Assembly: GCA_963677435.1 (NCBI GenBank)
Contig: OY781945.1
Span: 128,001-192,000, forward strand
Direction: 5' to 3'
Source of the DNA: an uncultured Aliarcobacter sp.
GTDB taxonomy: Bacteria; Campylobacterota; Campylobacteria; Campylobacterales; Arcobacteraceae
DNA: 64,000 bases
Part shown: one piece after another, positions 11,526 to 22,738 of the stretch
Position numbering within the stretch: the first letter of the stretch is position 1
How the letters are laid out: each line of letters opens with the position of its first letter
Program-made: the position numbers and the translations under genes
The notes under the pieces: model-generated
The model's database searches: none
The model's input: the letters and a program-made list of their open reading frames with translations, nothing else
Told to the model about the DNA's origin: nothing

Positions 11526-12412
11526 ACATATTAATCATTGAAAATGAAATTTATCTGGCGCAAAAAGTTGTATCAAGATTACTTGATGATGGACACAGTT
11601 GTGATTACATTGAGTCACCAAATATTGATAATCTTACAAAAGATTATGACACAATACTTTTATCAACATCTTTGCCCTCAGCTTTATGTAAAAATATTAT
11701 AAAAAAATACTCAGAGAATTCAATAATTCTTCTTTTAGTTTCTTATATTTCAGATGAAACGGTTACCAATCCTATCAAAGATGGCGCAAAAGACTATATT
11801 ATGAAACCATTTATCATGGATGAATTAATTAGAAAAATCTATCACTATAAAGAGTGTAGAAGTCTAAAAAGGGAGTTACAAACCCTAAGAGAATATTTTG
11901 ATTTTACAATGGCTGAAATTGATACAACAGATGTTTTATTACCGCCATCATTTCCAACGCTAATAGAATCAAATTCACAAAAATGTGCTGATAAATTAGT
12001 TTTTGAACTTTCTAGAAAAATGGATTTACCAATTAATTTTATTCCATTAACTTCATCAGTATGGCAAAAACAAGTAAATGCTATACAAGGTAAATCTATT
12101 ATTTATCTTACAGAGTATCACTCTTTGAAAAAAAATGCAAAAGAGAATGTTATTAAATTTATAGAAGACAAAAATTGCGTTGTTTCAACTTTAGAAACTG
12201 AAATTGATTTTCCTTATAGAAAAATTGAATTTAACAATGAGAATCAACTTATTGGGAACTCTAATATTATGACAATAAATGATTATGTTAAAATGATGGT
12301 TATTTCATATCAAGGGAAATATCCTGATACTGAGTTATCTAAAAAACTTGGGATTTCAAGAAAATCACTTTGGGAAAAAAGAAAAAAACTAGATATTGAA
12401 AAGAAAAAATAA
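11522..12412 (+). CDS. atypical response regulator with Fis-type HTH (HP1021/Cj1608-like)
   Basis: receiver fold with Ser at the phospho-Asp position (ILLSTSLP), C-terminal LSKKLGISRKSLW HTH, directly after ispDF; ATG at 11522. Confidence 0.85.
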   Translation: MNILIIENEIYLAQKVVSRLLDDGHSCDYIESPNIDNLTKDYDTILLSTSLPSALCKNIIKKYSENSIILLLVSYISDETVTNPIKDGAKDYIMKPFIMDELIRKIYHYKECRSLKRELQTLREYFDFTMAEIDTTDVLLPPSFPTLIESNSQKCADKLVFELSRKMDLPINFIPLTSSVWQKQVNAIQGKSIIYLTEYHSLKKNAKENVIKFIEDKNCVVSTLETEIDFPYRKIEFNNENQLIGNSNIMTINDYVKMMVISYQGKYPDTELSKKLGISRKSLWEKRKKLDIEKKK

Positions 12413-12421
12413 GGATCTATT

Positions 12422-12898
12422 TTGAATTTAAGAAAATTTTTTTTAACAGTTGGATTTAGTGGTTTAAGCCCAAAAGCTCCAGGAACTGTAGGTTCTTTTG
12501 TATCTTTATTTATTGGTTTATTTTTACTAGAATTTCTTCATGTATCAACTCTATTTTTATTATCTTTACTAATTACTGTAATTGCTATTAAACAAATAGA
12601 TATTTATGAAAAAGAAGTTGGTATACATGATGGTAAAGAAATAGTAATTGATGAACTTGCAGGAATGTGGATAGCACTTTCTATTTGTGGAATCAATAGT
12701 GAAAACATGGTTATTATGGCTATTTTAGCATTTGCTTTTTTCAGACTTTTTGATATTTGGAAACCCTCAATTATTGGTAAAATCGACAGAGAGGTAAAAG
12801 GTGGATTAGGAGTAATGGGAGATGATGTTCTTGCTGGAATTGCTGCTGGAATCGCTAGTGCTGGAGTTTATCAGTTGATTGAGAAATTTATTTTGTAA
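12422..12898 (+). CDS. pgpA: phosphatidylglycerophosphatase A
   Basis: APGTVGS, IVIDE..G, FRLFDIWKP, GGLGVMGDD. Confidence 0.95.
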   Translation: MNLRKFFLTVGFSGLSPKAPGTVGSFVSLFIGLFLLEFLHVSTLFLLSLLITVIAIKQIDIYEKEVGIHDGKEIVIDELAGMWIALSICGINSENMVIMAILAFAFFRLFDIWKPSIIGKIDREVKGGLGVMGDDVLAGIAAGIASAGVYQLIEKFIL

Positions 12899-13323
12899 TG
12901 CTTGATTATGTAATCTTTTTTCTAATTGTATTTATTTTAGGAGTTATACCGAGTATTTACTATATTAAAAACTATTCTAAAATTAAGAAAAAAAATGAAA
13001 ATAAAGAAAAAAAGAAAATTAATAAAAATTTCATATATTTAACTATTCTTTTAACTATAATAAATTTAGCTTATTTAATTATATTTCAAGATAAACATGA
13101 TTTGAATACATTTATTCTTCTGCCAATACTTTTTATTCTTTTAGGTGGTTTTATTGAGTTAGAATTTATAATTTACTTTTTTCTAATTTATAATCTATTC
13201 ATCTTATTTACATATAAAAGTGTTATTTTACGTTTTGCAAAAACAGTGAATTATTTCACTATTTTTGCAAATTCAGCAAAGATATATTTTGACTCGTGTG
13301 GACCTGGACTTGCTTCTGGGTGA
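12898..13323 (+). CDS. hypothetical membrane protein
   Basis: several hydrophobic helices, start coupled to pgpA stop; 3' end overlaps carA. Confidence 0.45.
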   Translation: MLDYVIFFLIVFILGVIPSIYYIKNYSKIKKKNENKEKKKINKNFIYLTILLTIINLAYLIIFQDKHDLNTFILLPILFILLGGFIELEFIIYFFLIYNLFILFTYKSVILRFAKTVNYFTIFANSAKIYFDSCGPGLASG

Positions 13324-14369
13324 TGTTGAACTGAGAAAATCTCTTTATTTTTATATTTAACACCCTCAATAGTATTATCAAATAAATTTACATGTGTTAC
13401 ATCTGCAATCTCTACAATATTATCAGGAACATTATAGTTATGATTTTGTGCTGTGATTTCTACAACTCCATTATTAGCAACTGGATGGTTACCACCATGT
13501 TGTCCAAATTTAAGCTTATAAGTATCATAACCATGGGCAATTGATAACATTTGGTGTCCTAAACAAATAGCAAAAATTGGAATATCAGTTTTTACTAATT
13601 TTTGAACTTGCTCTTTTTCAGCAATTAATGTTAATGGATCACCAGGGCCATTTGATAGGAAAACTCCACCAATTTCTTTTGCTTCAAATCTTGCAATTAA
13701 ATCATCTGCTTTAAAAGTTGAAGGTACAACTTCTACTTCAAGACCTGATTCTACAAGCTCATTTAAAATATTTCTTTTTACACCAAAGTCAATAACAACA
13801 ACTTTTTTATCACTCATTACAGCTTTATTATAAGCTTTAATGCCATGATTCCACGCACCTGATTTATGAACATAAGACTCTTTTGTTGAAACTATTTCAA
13901 TATAATTTACATCTTCTATTCTAGGGCTTGATTTTAGTTGTTTTGCTAATTCTTCTTTATCAGAAACTTCAGTTGAAGCTATCATCATCATAGCACCTTC
14001 ATCTCTAATCATTTTTGTTAAATATCTAGTATCAATATCACAAATACCTAAAACACCATGCTCTTTTAATAAAGAATCTAAATCATTTTGTGCTCTATAG
14101 TTTGAATATTCACTATGATAATTTCTAACTAATACACCTTTACAATGACACTTTCTACTTTCCATGTCATTATCATTTACTCCTACATTTCCAATTTCTG
14201 GCATAGTAAAAGTAATGAATTGCCCAGCGTAAGATGGATCTGAAATAATTTCTTGGTATCCAGTTAATGATGTATTAAAAACTATTTCTCCAACAGATGT
14301 TCCTGTTGCACCAAAAGATTTCGCTTCTAAAAAAGTCCCATTCTCTAAATATATCCATACTTTTTGCAT
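13251..14369 (-). CDS. carA: carbamoyl-phosphate synthase small subunit
   Basis: GEIVFNT, DPSYAGQ, LSNGPGDP, ICLGHQ, QHHPEASPGP. Confidence 0.97.
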   Translation of the reverse strand: MQKVWIYLENGTFLEAKSFGATGTSVGEIVFNTSLTGYQEIISDPSYAGQFITFTMPEIGNVGVNDNDMESRKCHCKGVLVRNYHSEYSNYRAQNDLDSLLKEHGVLGICDIDTRYLTKMIRDEGAMMMIASTEVSDKEELAKQLKSSPRIEDVNYIEIVSTKESYVHKSGAWNHGIKAYNKAVMSDKKVVVIDFGVKRNILNELVESGLEVEVVPSTFKADDLIARFEAKEIGGVFLSNGPGDPLTLIAEKEQVQKLVKTDIPIFAICLGHQMLSIAHGYDTYKLKFGQHGGNHPVANNGVVEITAQNHNYNVPDNIVEIADVTHVNLFDNTIEGVKYKNKEIFSVQHHPEASPGPHESKYIFAEFAKIVK

Positions 14370-14921
14370 TTATATCAATCCTCTTTTTGTTAATTCCTCT
14401 TCATATAATCTGTGATAAACAAGATCATAATCCTCAGTTCCTGGTATTAATTTTCTTTTATAATTTTTTAATTTTGCCATTACTTCACTATCTGCTTTTT
14501 CAAAACCTTTTATGAAATCATCTAAAGAAGCAAAAATTACATTTTTTATTTGATTATCAGAACATGTATAATGTATAAAATCTTCTTCCCATAAATAATC
14601 TAATATTTTATGAGCAATATCTGAAAATCTATCTTCATTATTCAAAATAACACCATAATCATTTGCAAGTCTTTTTTTTGTCATCCAAAAAAGCTGTCTT
14701 CTATCAGCATTTAAATACTCAATTTCTTCTTCTTGTGCTGTTAAAATTTCCTGAACTTTTTCGTCTAACCCAAACTCTTTTTCAATATCAGCATCTAATA
14801 TTTTTTCTATTTCTGCTTCAATACTATGTTTTTCTTTTCTCACCTCAACAAAGTCACAATTTGCTAAATCTCTTGTAATTCTTCTTGAGACATACGGTGT
14901 ATGATGTAATTTCATTCTCAT
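14370..14921 (-). CDS. DUF507 family protein
   Basis: acidic protein between purA and carA, RKLIPGTEDY motif; known Campylobacterota synteny. Confidence 0.75.
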   Translation of the reverse strand: MRMKLHHTPYVSRRITRDLANCDFVEVRKEKHSIEAEIEKILDADIEKEFGLDEKVQEILTAQEEEIEYLNADRRQLFWMTKKRLANDYGVILNNEDRFSDIAHKILDYLWEEDFIHYTCSDNQIKNVIFASLDDFIKGFEKADSEVMAKLKNYKRKLIPGTEDYDLVYHRLYEEELTKRGLI

Positions 14922-14927
14922 GCGTTT

Positions 14928-17026
<2,099 letters not shown>

Positions 17027-17031
17027 TACTT

Positions 17032-18138
17032 TTAGTTTCCTTTAAACATATTTGATGCAAAAACTCTATTTGCAGTTCCATCAAATGTTCTTATACCTAA
17101 ATCATCTAATGCTAATTCAACAGCATTTACAGCCCATGAAGCTTCATAATCTTCAACTAATCCCATATGATTAATTCTAAAGATTTTACCTGCTAAATGA
17201 TCTTGACCACCCGCAATATCAACATTATATTTATTTTTTAGTATTTTTCTAATTGCACTTGATTGCTCTGTATAAACAGTAGTCATAGCATCAGCAGGAG
17301 ATTTTGGATAAATATCAAATCCTATTGCTTTTAAAGCTTCTCTTGTCGCTTTTGCTCTTAATGCTGTTTGTTTATATAAATTATCAAATCCATCATTTTT
17401 TATTTTTTCTAAAATTGCACCTAAACCAATAATAAGTGTAGTTGCAGCCGTCCATGCTGTTGTATTTGTTCTTTGTTTTTTAATTTCTGTAGCTAAATTA
17501 AAATAGTAACCTTTTGGTTTTAATTCAATTTTCGCAACTGCTTCATTTGAGAATCCAATTATTGCAAGACCTGGTGGTAACATTAATGCTTTTTGACTTC
17601 CTGTAATAATGGCATCTAAATTCGTAGTATCAATCTTTTCAACACCAATAGCTGTAATTCCATCTGCAATAATCATAATATCTTTATTGATTTTTTTAAC
17701 CTCAGCAGCAATTTGTTCAACAGGATGTCGTAATCCTCCTGCACTTTCACAAATCTGAATAAAAATAGCATCAATAGATGAATCTGATTTTACAGCATTT
17801 ACAACCGCTTCTACACTAACAGGAGTATCCCATTCATTTTTAATTTCAGTATAATCTATACCAAAAGCAGCACAAATCTTTCCGAATCTTTCACCGAATT
17901 TTCCTGAATTAATTGTAAGTGCTTTTTTATGTGTTAAATTTGTAACACAAGCTTCCATTGCACCTGTACCACTTGAAGCTAACATTACAACTTCTGGCAT
18001 ATTGTATAATTCTATTAATAATTCTCTAGTATTTTTAAAAATCGCTTCAAACTCTTCAGTTCTATGATGAATCGTAATATCAGCCATCGCTTTTCTTACA
18101 AATTCTGGTACTGGAGTTGGACCTGGCGTCAATAGCAT
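17032..18138 (-). CDS. class V PLP aminotransferase (alanine-glyoxylate/serine-pyruvate type)
   Basis: LTPGPT, HHRT, SGTGAMEA, GSQKALMLPPG, AGGQ..FRINHMG. Confidence 0.9.
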   Translation of the reverse strand: MLLTPGPTPVPEFVRKAMADITIHHRTEEFEAIFKNTRELLIELYNMPEVVMLASSGTGAMEACVTNLTHKKALTINSGKFGERFGKICAAFGIDYTEIKNEWDTPVSVEAVVNAVKSDSSIDAIFIQICESAGGLRHPVEQIAAEVKKINKDIMIIADGITAIGVEKIDTTNLDAIITGSQKALMLPPGLAIIGFSNEAVAKIELKPKGYYFNLATEIKKQRTNTTAWTAATTLIIGLGAILEKIKNDGFDNLYKQTALRAKATREALKAIGFDIYPKSPADAMTTVYTEQSSAIRKILKNKYNVDIAGGQDHLAGKIFRINHMGLVEDYEASWAVNAVELALDDLGIRTFDGTANRVFASNMFKGN

Positions 18139-18256
18139 TTTAGTATCCTTATTTTTTCATTCTTTTATAGCAAAACGGAATATTTTATCCAAATATAGTT
18201 TATTAAACGGTTAAGCAAAAGAACAATCTTCAAATCATAATAATATTAGTTTTTAT

Positions 18257-18285
18257 TTGACAATTATACTTTATTTATATAGAAT
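18257..18285 (+). promoter_or_regulatory. sigma70-type promoter of the Lys-rich small gene
   Basis: TTGACA-17 nt-TAGAAT. Confidence 0.65.
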
Positions 18286-18338
18286 GTATATATTATATTA
18301 CTTTTATAATATAATTAATTCAAATTAAGGAATTCGAA

Positions 18339-18524
18339 ATGGCAGAATTATTAAAGAAGAAAAAAGTTGCAAGAATTGCTAAGAAAGCAGTTAAGAAAAT
18401 TGCTGATAAAAAAGATGTAAAGAAAATCACGAAAAAAGTTACGAAAAAAGTTTTAGGTTTAAAACTTAAAAAAACAAAAAAAGCTAAATCAGCAATTAAA
18501 AAAGCAATTAAAAAAGTTGCTTAA
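18339..18524 (+). CDS. small Lys-rich histone H1-like protein
   Basis: AAGGA RBS, own promoter and terminator, 26 Lys in 61 aa. Confidence 0.75.
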   Translation: MAELLKKKKVARIAKKAVKKIADKKDVKKITKKVTKKVLGLKLKKTKKAKSAIKKAIKKVA

Positions 18525-18526
18525 TC

Positions 18527-18554
18527 TTAAAGTAGTAGGTTTCTACTACTTTAA
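18527..18554 (+). terminator. terminator after Lys-rich gene
   Basis: TTAAAGTAGTAG-gttt-CTACTACTTTAA. Confidence 0.75.
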
Positions 18555-18672
18555 TTCTCATCTATTGTAAAAAATTAATTTTTTTTCCACCATCAATCCC
18601 CTTAAATATAGAGTTTTTAATCAGAAAAATCAAAATAAAATATTAAATATTTCAATTCTTTTGAAAAAATCC

Positions 18673-18701
18673 TTGACATTAGTACTAATTAGTACTATAA
18701 T
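18673..18701 (+). promoter_or_regulatory. consensus promoter with palindromic operator upstream of yceI copy 1
   Basis: TTGACA-17 nt-TATAAT; perfect palindrome TAGTACTAATTAGTACTA at 18680-18697. Confidence 0.85.
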
Positions 18702-18730
18702 TTCGACATGAGTATCTAAAGAGTTAAAAT

Positions 18731-19394
18731 ATAAGGTTTACAGAGCGAATTAAACTTTTCTTTTGCTCTTTTAGTACTAATTAGTAATTAATAAAACAAA
18801 CAATAAAAAAAGGATTAATATGAAATTTTTAAAATTAGGTTTAGCTTCTTTGGTAGCTTCAAGTGCTCTTTTTGCTGGTACTTATAATGTTGATGCTAGT
18901 CATTCAAATGTTGGGTTTAAAGTTAAACACTTAATGATCTCTAATGTTACTGGTAAGTTTGACAATTTCAGTGGTAAATTTGTTTACGACGAAAAAACTA
19001 AAACTTTAAAAAGTTTAGAGGGTGAAGTTAGTGTTGCTTCTATTAACACTGAAGATGATAAAAGAGATGCTCATTTAAAATCTGCTGATTTCTTTGATCA
19101 AGCCAACAACCCTACTTTAACTTACAAATTAGAAAAAATTGAAGGTGACACTGCTTATGGTAAGTTAACTATTAGAGGTATTACTAAAGATGTTAAACTT
19201 GATTTTGAAGACAACGGTACTGCTGTTGATCCTTGGGGAAACACTAGAGTTGGTTTAGAGTTAACTGGTAAAATTAACAGAAAAGATTTTGGTCTTAATT
19301 GGAACAAAGCTTTAGAAGCTGGTGGTGTTTTAGTTGACGAAACTGTTAAATTAAACATTGAAATTGAAGGTATCTTAGCTAAGTAATTAGCTAA
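18731..19394 (+). repeat. 664-bp direct repeat, copy 1 (marR 3' tip + yceI)
   Basis: matches 21230-21893 at offset 2499; no mismatch seen by eye. Confidence 0.93.
18820..19386 (+). CDS. yceI: YceI family polyisoprenoid-binding periplasmic protein, copy 1
   Basis: signal peptide, HS.VGFKVKHL, RDAHLKSADFF, GKLTIRGITK, DPWG, INRKDFG. Confidence 0.93.
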   Translation: MKFLKLGLASLVASSALFAGTYNVDASHSNVGFKVKHLMISNVTGKFDNFSGKFVYDEKTKTLKSLEGEVSVASINTEDDKRDAHLKSADFFDQANNPTLTYKLEKIEGDTAYGKLTIRGITKDVKLDFEDNGTAVDPWGNTRVGLELTGKINRKDFGLNWNKALEAGGVLVDETVKLNIEIEGILAK

Positions 19395-19495
19395 AACCTC
19401 TTTTTCAAATAGAGAAATATTTTATTCAGTATTTCAAGGAAAAGTTTTATTTTCTATAAATAAAACCCATTATAATCAATTTTAAAGGAATAAAA

Positions 19496-19999
19496 ATGAT
19501 ATTAATATTTGTAGCAAGCTTAAATGAAAATATGAAACTTGCAAATACTATAAAAACAAATTTTGACAAACAAGATGTGGATTCAAAAATAATTAATTTA
19601 GTAAATCTTAACTTACCAATGTATGATACATTCAAAGAACAAAATGATGGCATTCCTCAAGTTGCATTAGATTTAGCAAAAGAGATGGAAAAAGCTAGTG
19701 GTTATGTTATTGTAACTCCTGAATATAATTATGGTGTAACTCCTGTATTAGTAAATACAATAGCTTGGATTTCAAGAATTGGGGATGATTTTAGAGCATT
19801 ATTTAATTTAAAAGCGATTCAGTTAGCAACACACTCTGGTGGAGGTGGTCAAGATTCATTAAACTCTTTAAGAAATCAATTCACAAGACTTGGTTCTATT
19901 GTTATGCCAAGAGAAATTATGGCAACCTATGAAAGAGCTGTAAATGAAGATAGTGTAGACAAAATCTTAGTTCAATTTAAAAATTTAATAAAAGGATAA
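19496..19999 (+). CDS. NADPH-dependent FMN reductase family protein
   Basis: LPMYD, VTPEYNYG..P.L.N.I.W, SGGGG. Confidence 0.88.
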   Translation: MILIFVASLNENMKLANTIKTNFDKQDVDSKIINLVNLNLPMYDTFKEQNDGIPQVALDLAKEMEKASGYVIVTPEYNYGVTPVLVNTIAWISRIGDDFRALFNLKAIQLATHSGGGGQDSLNSLRNQFTRLGSIVMPREIMATYERAVNEDSVDKILVQFKNLIKG

Positions 20000-20002
20000 C
20001 TT

Positions 20003-20707
20003 ATGTTAAAAAAATTGCCAAAAGAAAACATGGGAACATCAAATCTTGGTTGGTTAGAAAGTAGATTTCACTTCTCATTTGCAGAATATAGAAATCCAAA
20101 TAATATAAATTTTGGAGTGTTAAGAGTATTAAATGATGATATTGTTCATCCAAATTCAGGATTTGATACACATCCCCATTCAAATATGGAAATTATCTCA
20201 TATGTAGTTGATGGTGAGATTACACACAAAGATTCAATGGGAAATGCAGAGACTTTAAAAAGAGGTGAAGTTCAATATTTAAGTGCTGGAGATGGAATAT
20301 ATCACAGTGAACACAATTGGAATAAAACAAAAGATTTAAGACTTTTACAAATTTGGATAGTTCCGCCAAAATCAGGACTTCCAAGACTTTATGGTTCTAA
20401 ACAATTCAATGAAATTGAAAGAAAAAATAAATTATTAAATATAGTTTCAAGCCAAGATGGAAATGCAGATATAAAAATTTATCAAGATATAAATATGTAT
20501 GTTAGTGAATTAGAAGCTAATAAAACTATAGATTTTGATATTAAAAAAGATAGACAAGTTTATTTTGTACAAATTGAAGGAACTGCTTCAATAAATGGAA
20601 TAAGTTTAAATAATGGTGATGCAATGGAAATAATAGATGTTGACAAGCTTGAAATCAAAGCTTTAAATAACTCTCACTTTTTATTCATCGAAATGAAAAA
20701 GGTTTAA
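20003..20707 (+). CDS. pirin family protein (YhhW-like)
   Basis: GWLESRFHFSF, GFDTHPH.NMEI, HKDSMG, SAGDGI.HSE. Confidence 0.93.
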   Translation: MLKKLPKENMGTSNLGWLESRFHFSFAEYRNPNNINFGVLRVLNDDIVHPNSGFDTHPHSNMEIISYVVDGEITHKDSMGNAETLKRGEVQYLSAGDGIYHSEHNWNKTKDLRLLQIWIVPPKSGLPRLYGSKQFNEIERKNKLLNIVSSQDGNADIKIYQDINMYVSELEANKTIDFDIKKDRQVYFVQIEGTASINGISLNNGDAMEIIDVDKLEIKALNNSHFLFIEMKKV

Positions 20708-20752
20708 AACAAATTGTAAAAAAGTTTTTTTTATAATTTAAGTAAAAAACAC

Positions 20753-20781
20753 TTGACATTAGTACTAATTAGTACTATAAT
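20753..20781 (+). promoter_or_regulatory. marR promoter with palindromic operator
   Basis: TTGACA-17 nt-TATAAT; palindrome TAGTACTAATTAGTACTA at 20760-20777. Confidence 0.85.
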
Positions 20782-20799
20782 TTCGACAGGAGTATGTAA

Positions 20800-21252
20800 A
20801 TGAATAAAAAATCGTTAAAGTCTTATGGTATAAGAACAGATAAAGCTATGAAAACAGTTGTTAGATTAGAAAAAGCTAGTTTAAAAATAACAAATTTAAC
20901 AATAAATTATTTATCAAAACATAATCTCACATTTAATCAATTTAAAGTATTAGAAGTTTTATATCACTTAGGTGATTTAAACATTGGTTCAATTACAAAA
21001 ATAACAATGAGTACGCCTGGAAATATAACGGTTGTTGTAAGAAATCTAAAAAGAGATGAATGGATTACTTCAATAAAAGATCCAAATGACAGCAGAGCAT
21101 CAATTTTATCAATTACTCAAAAAGGTAAAGATATTATTGAAGAAGTATTTCCAACGCATTCAAGTAATTTAACAAAGTCAATGGAAATTTTAAGTGATAA
21201 TGAACTTGATACTTTATATGATTTATTAGATAAGGTTTACAGAGCGAATTAA
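20800..21252 (+). CDS. MarR family transcriptional regulator (MhqR-like)
   Basis: LTFNQFKVLEVL, GNITVVVRNL, DPNDSR..ITQKG winged HTH. Confidence 0.92.
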   Translation: MNKKSLKSYGIRTDKAMKTVVRLEKASLKITNLTINYLSKHNLTFNQFKVLEVLYHLGDLNIGSITKITMSTPGNITVVVRNLKRDEWITSIKDPNDSRASILSITQKGKDIIEEVFPTHSSNLTKSMEILSDNELDTLYDLLDKVYRAN

Positions 21253-21893
21253 ACTTTTCTTTTGCTCTTTTAGTACTAATTAGTAATTAATAAAACAAAC
21301 AATAAAAAAAGGATTAATATGAAATTTTTAAAATTAGGTTTAGCTTCTTTGGTAGCTTCAAGTGCTCTTTTTGCTGGTACTTATAATGTTGATGCTAGTC
21401 ATTCAAATGTTGGGTTTAAAGTTAAACACTTAATGATCTCTAATGTTACTGGTAAGTTTGACAATTTCAGTGGTAAATTTGTTTACGACGAAAAAACTAA
21501 AACTTTAAAAAGTTTAGAGGGTGAAGTTAGTGTTGCTTCTATTAACACTGAAGATGATAAAAGAGATGCTCATTTAAAATCTGCTGATTTCTTTGATCAA
21601 GCCAACAACCCTACTTTAACTTACAAATTAGAAAAAATTGAAGGTGACACTGCTTATGGTAAGTTAACTATTAGAGGTATTACTAAAGATGTTAAACTTG
21701 ATTTTGAAGACAACGGTACTGCTGTTGATCCTTGGGGAAACACTAGAGTTGGTTTAGAGTTAACTGGTAAAATTAACAGAAAAGATTTTGGTCTTAATTG
21801 GAACAAAGCTTTAGAAGCTGGTGGTGTTTTAGTTGACGAAACTGTTAAATTAAACATTGAAATTGAAGGTATCTTAGCTAAGTAATTAGCTAA
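21230..21893 (+). repeat. 664-bp direct repeat, copy 2
   Basis: matches 18731-19394. Confidence 0.93.
21319..21885 (+). CDS. yceI: YceI family protein, copy 2 (identical protein)
   Basis: translation identical to 18820..19386. Confidence 0.93.
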   Translation: MKFLKLGLASLVASSALFAGTYNVDASHSNVGFKVKHLMISNVTGKFDNFSGKFVYDEKTKTLKSLEGEVSVASINTEDDKRDAHLKSADFFDQANNPTLTYKLEKIEGDTAYGKLTIRGITKDVKLDFEDNGTAVDPWGNTRVGLELTGKINRKDFGLNWNKALEAGGVLVDETVKLNIEIEGILAK

Positions 21894-21903
21894 GATTTTA
21901 CCC

Positions 21904-22683
21904 ATGAATCCAACACTATTTATTTCACATGGCGCTCCAAATATACTTTTAAGCGACCTGAAATCTAAAAAAAATATTAATAATTTAGCTAAAGAATTAG
22001 AAATGCCAAAATATATTATTATATTTTCAGCACATTATTTAACAAAAGATTTAAAGATTATTTCACCTGAAACAAATAAAATAATGTATGATTTTTATGG
22101 TTTTGAAGAAGAATTATATAAAGTAAAATATGAGATAAATAGTGATGAAAAATTAACTTTTGACTTAATTGAAAAATTGAAAAGAAATAATATTGATATC
22201 TCTATAGATGAAAATAGAAAAAGTTATGATCATGGAGTTTGGAATGTATTAGCATTAATGTATGAAAAACTCTCAATTCCAGTACTACAGCTAAGTATTC
22301 CTATTTCATATAATATAGACCAACTTATTAATTTAGGAGTTGCACTTCAACAATTTAAAGATGAAGCTTTGATTATATGTAGTGGTGGAATTACTCATAA
22401 TTTAGGTGATGCCAGAATGCATTTAAATATACAAGATTATGCAACAAAATTTAATGACGATATTATAGATATTATTGAAAATGCAAAAGATGATGAATTA
22501 AGAAACATTCAAAAAAATATAAATTTTTATAAAAATCATCCATCAACAGAGCATTTTCTACCACTATTTATTGCCTATGGTAATGCTATAGATAAAAAAG
22601 GAAAATCTTTCAACAAAGAGATGATTTATTCAAATATCTCTATGGAGAGTTTTATATTTGATGAAAAAGAGCTAATTAGTTAA
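21904..22683 (+). CDS. DODA/YgiD-type class III extradiol ring-cleavage dioxygenase
   Basis: FISHGAP, FSAH, YDFYGF, DHGVW, SGGITHNL, HPSTEHFLPL. Confidence 0.92.
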   Translation: MNPTLFISHGAPNILLSDLKSKKNINNLAKELEMPKYIIIFSAHYLTKDLKIISPETNKIMYDFYGFEEELYKVKYEINSDEKLTFDLIEKLKRNNIDISIDENRKSYDHGVWNVLALMYEKLSIPVLQLSIPISYNIDQLINLGVALQQFKDEALIICSGGITHNLGDARMHLNIQDYATKFNDDIIDIIENAKDDELRNIQKNINFYKNHPSTEHFLPLFIAYGNAIDKKGKSFNKEMIYSNISMESFIFDEKELIS

Positions 22684-22738
22684 AGTTTTCTTTTATGCTA
22701 CAATAGGTGAACAAAAATTAGTTTAGGTCTTATAAATA

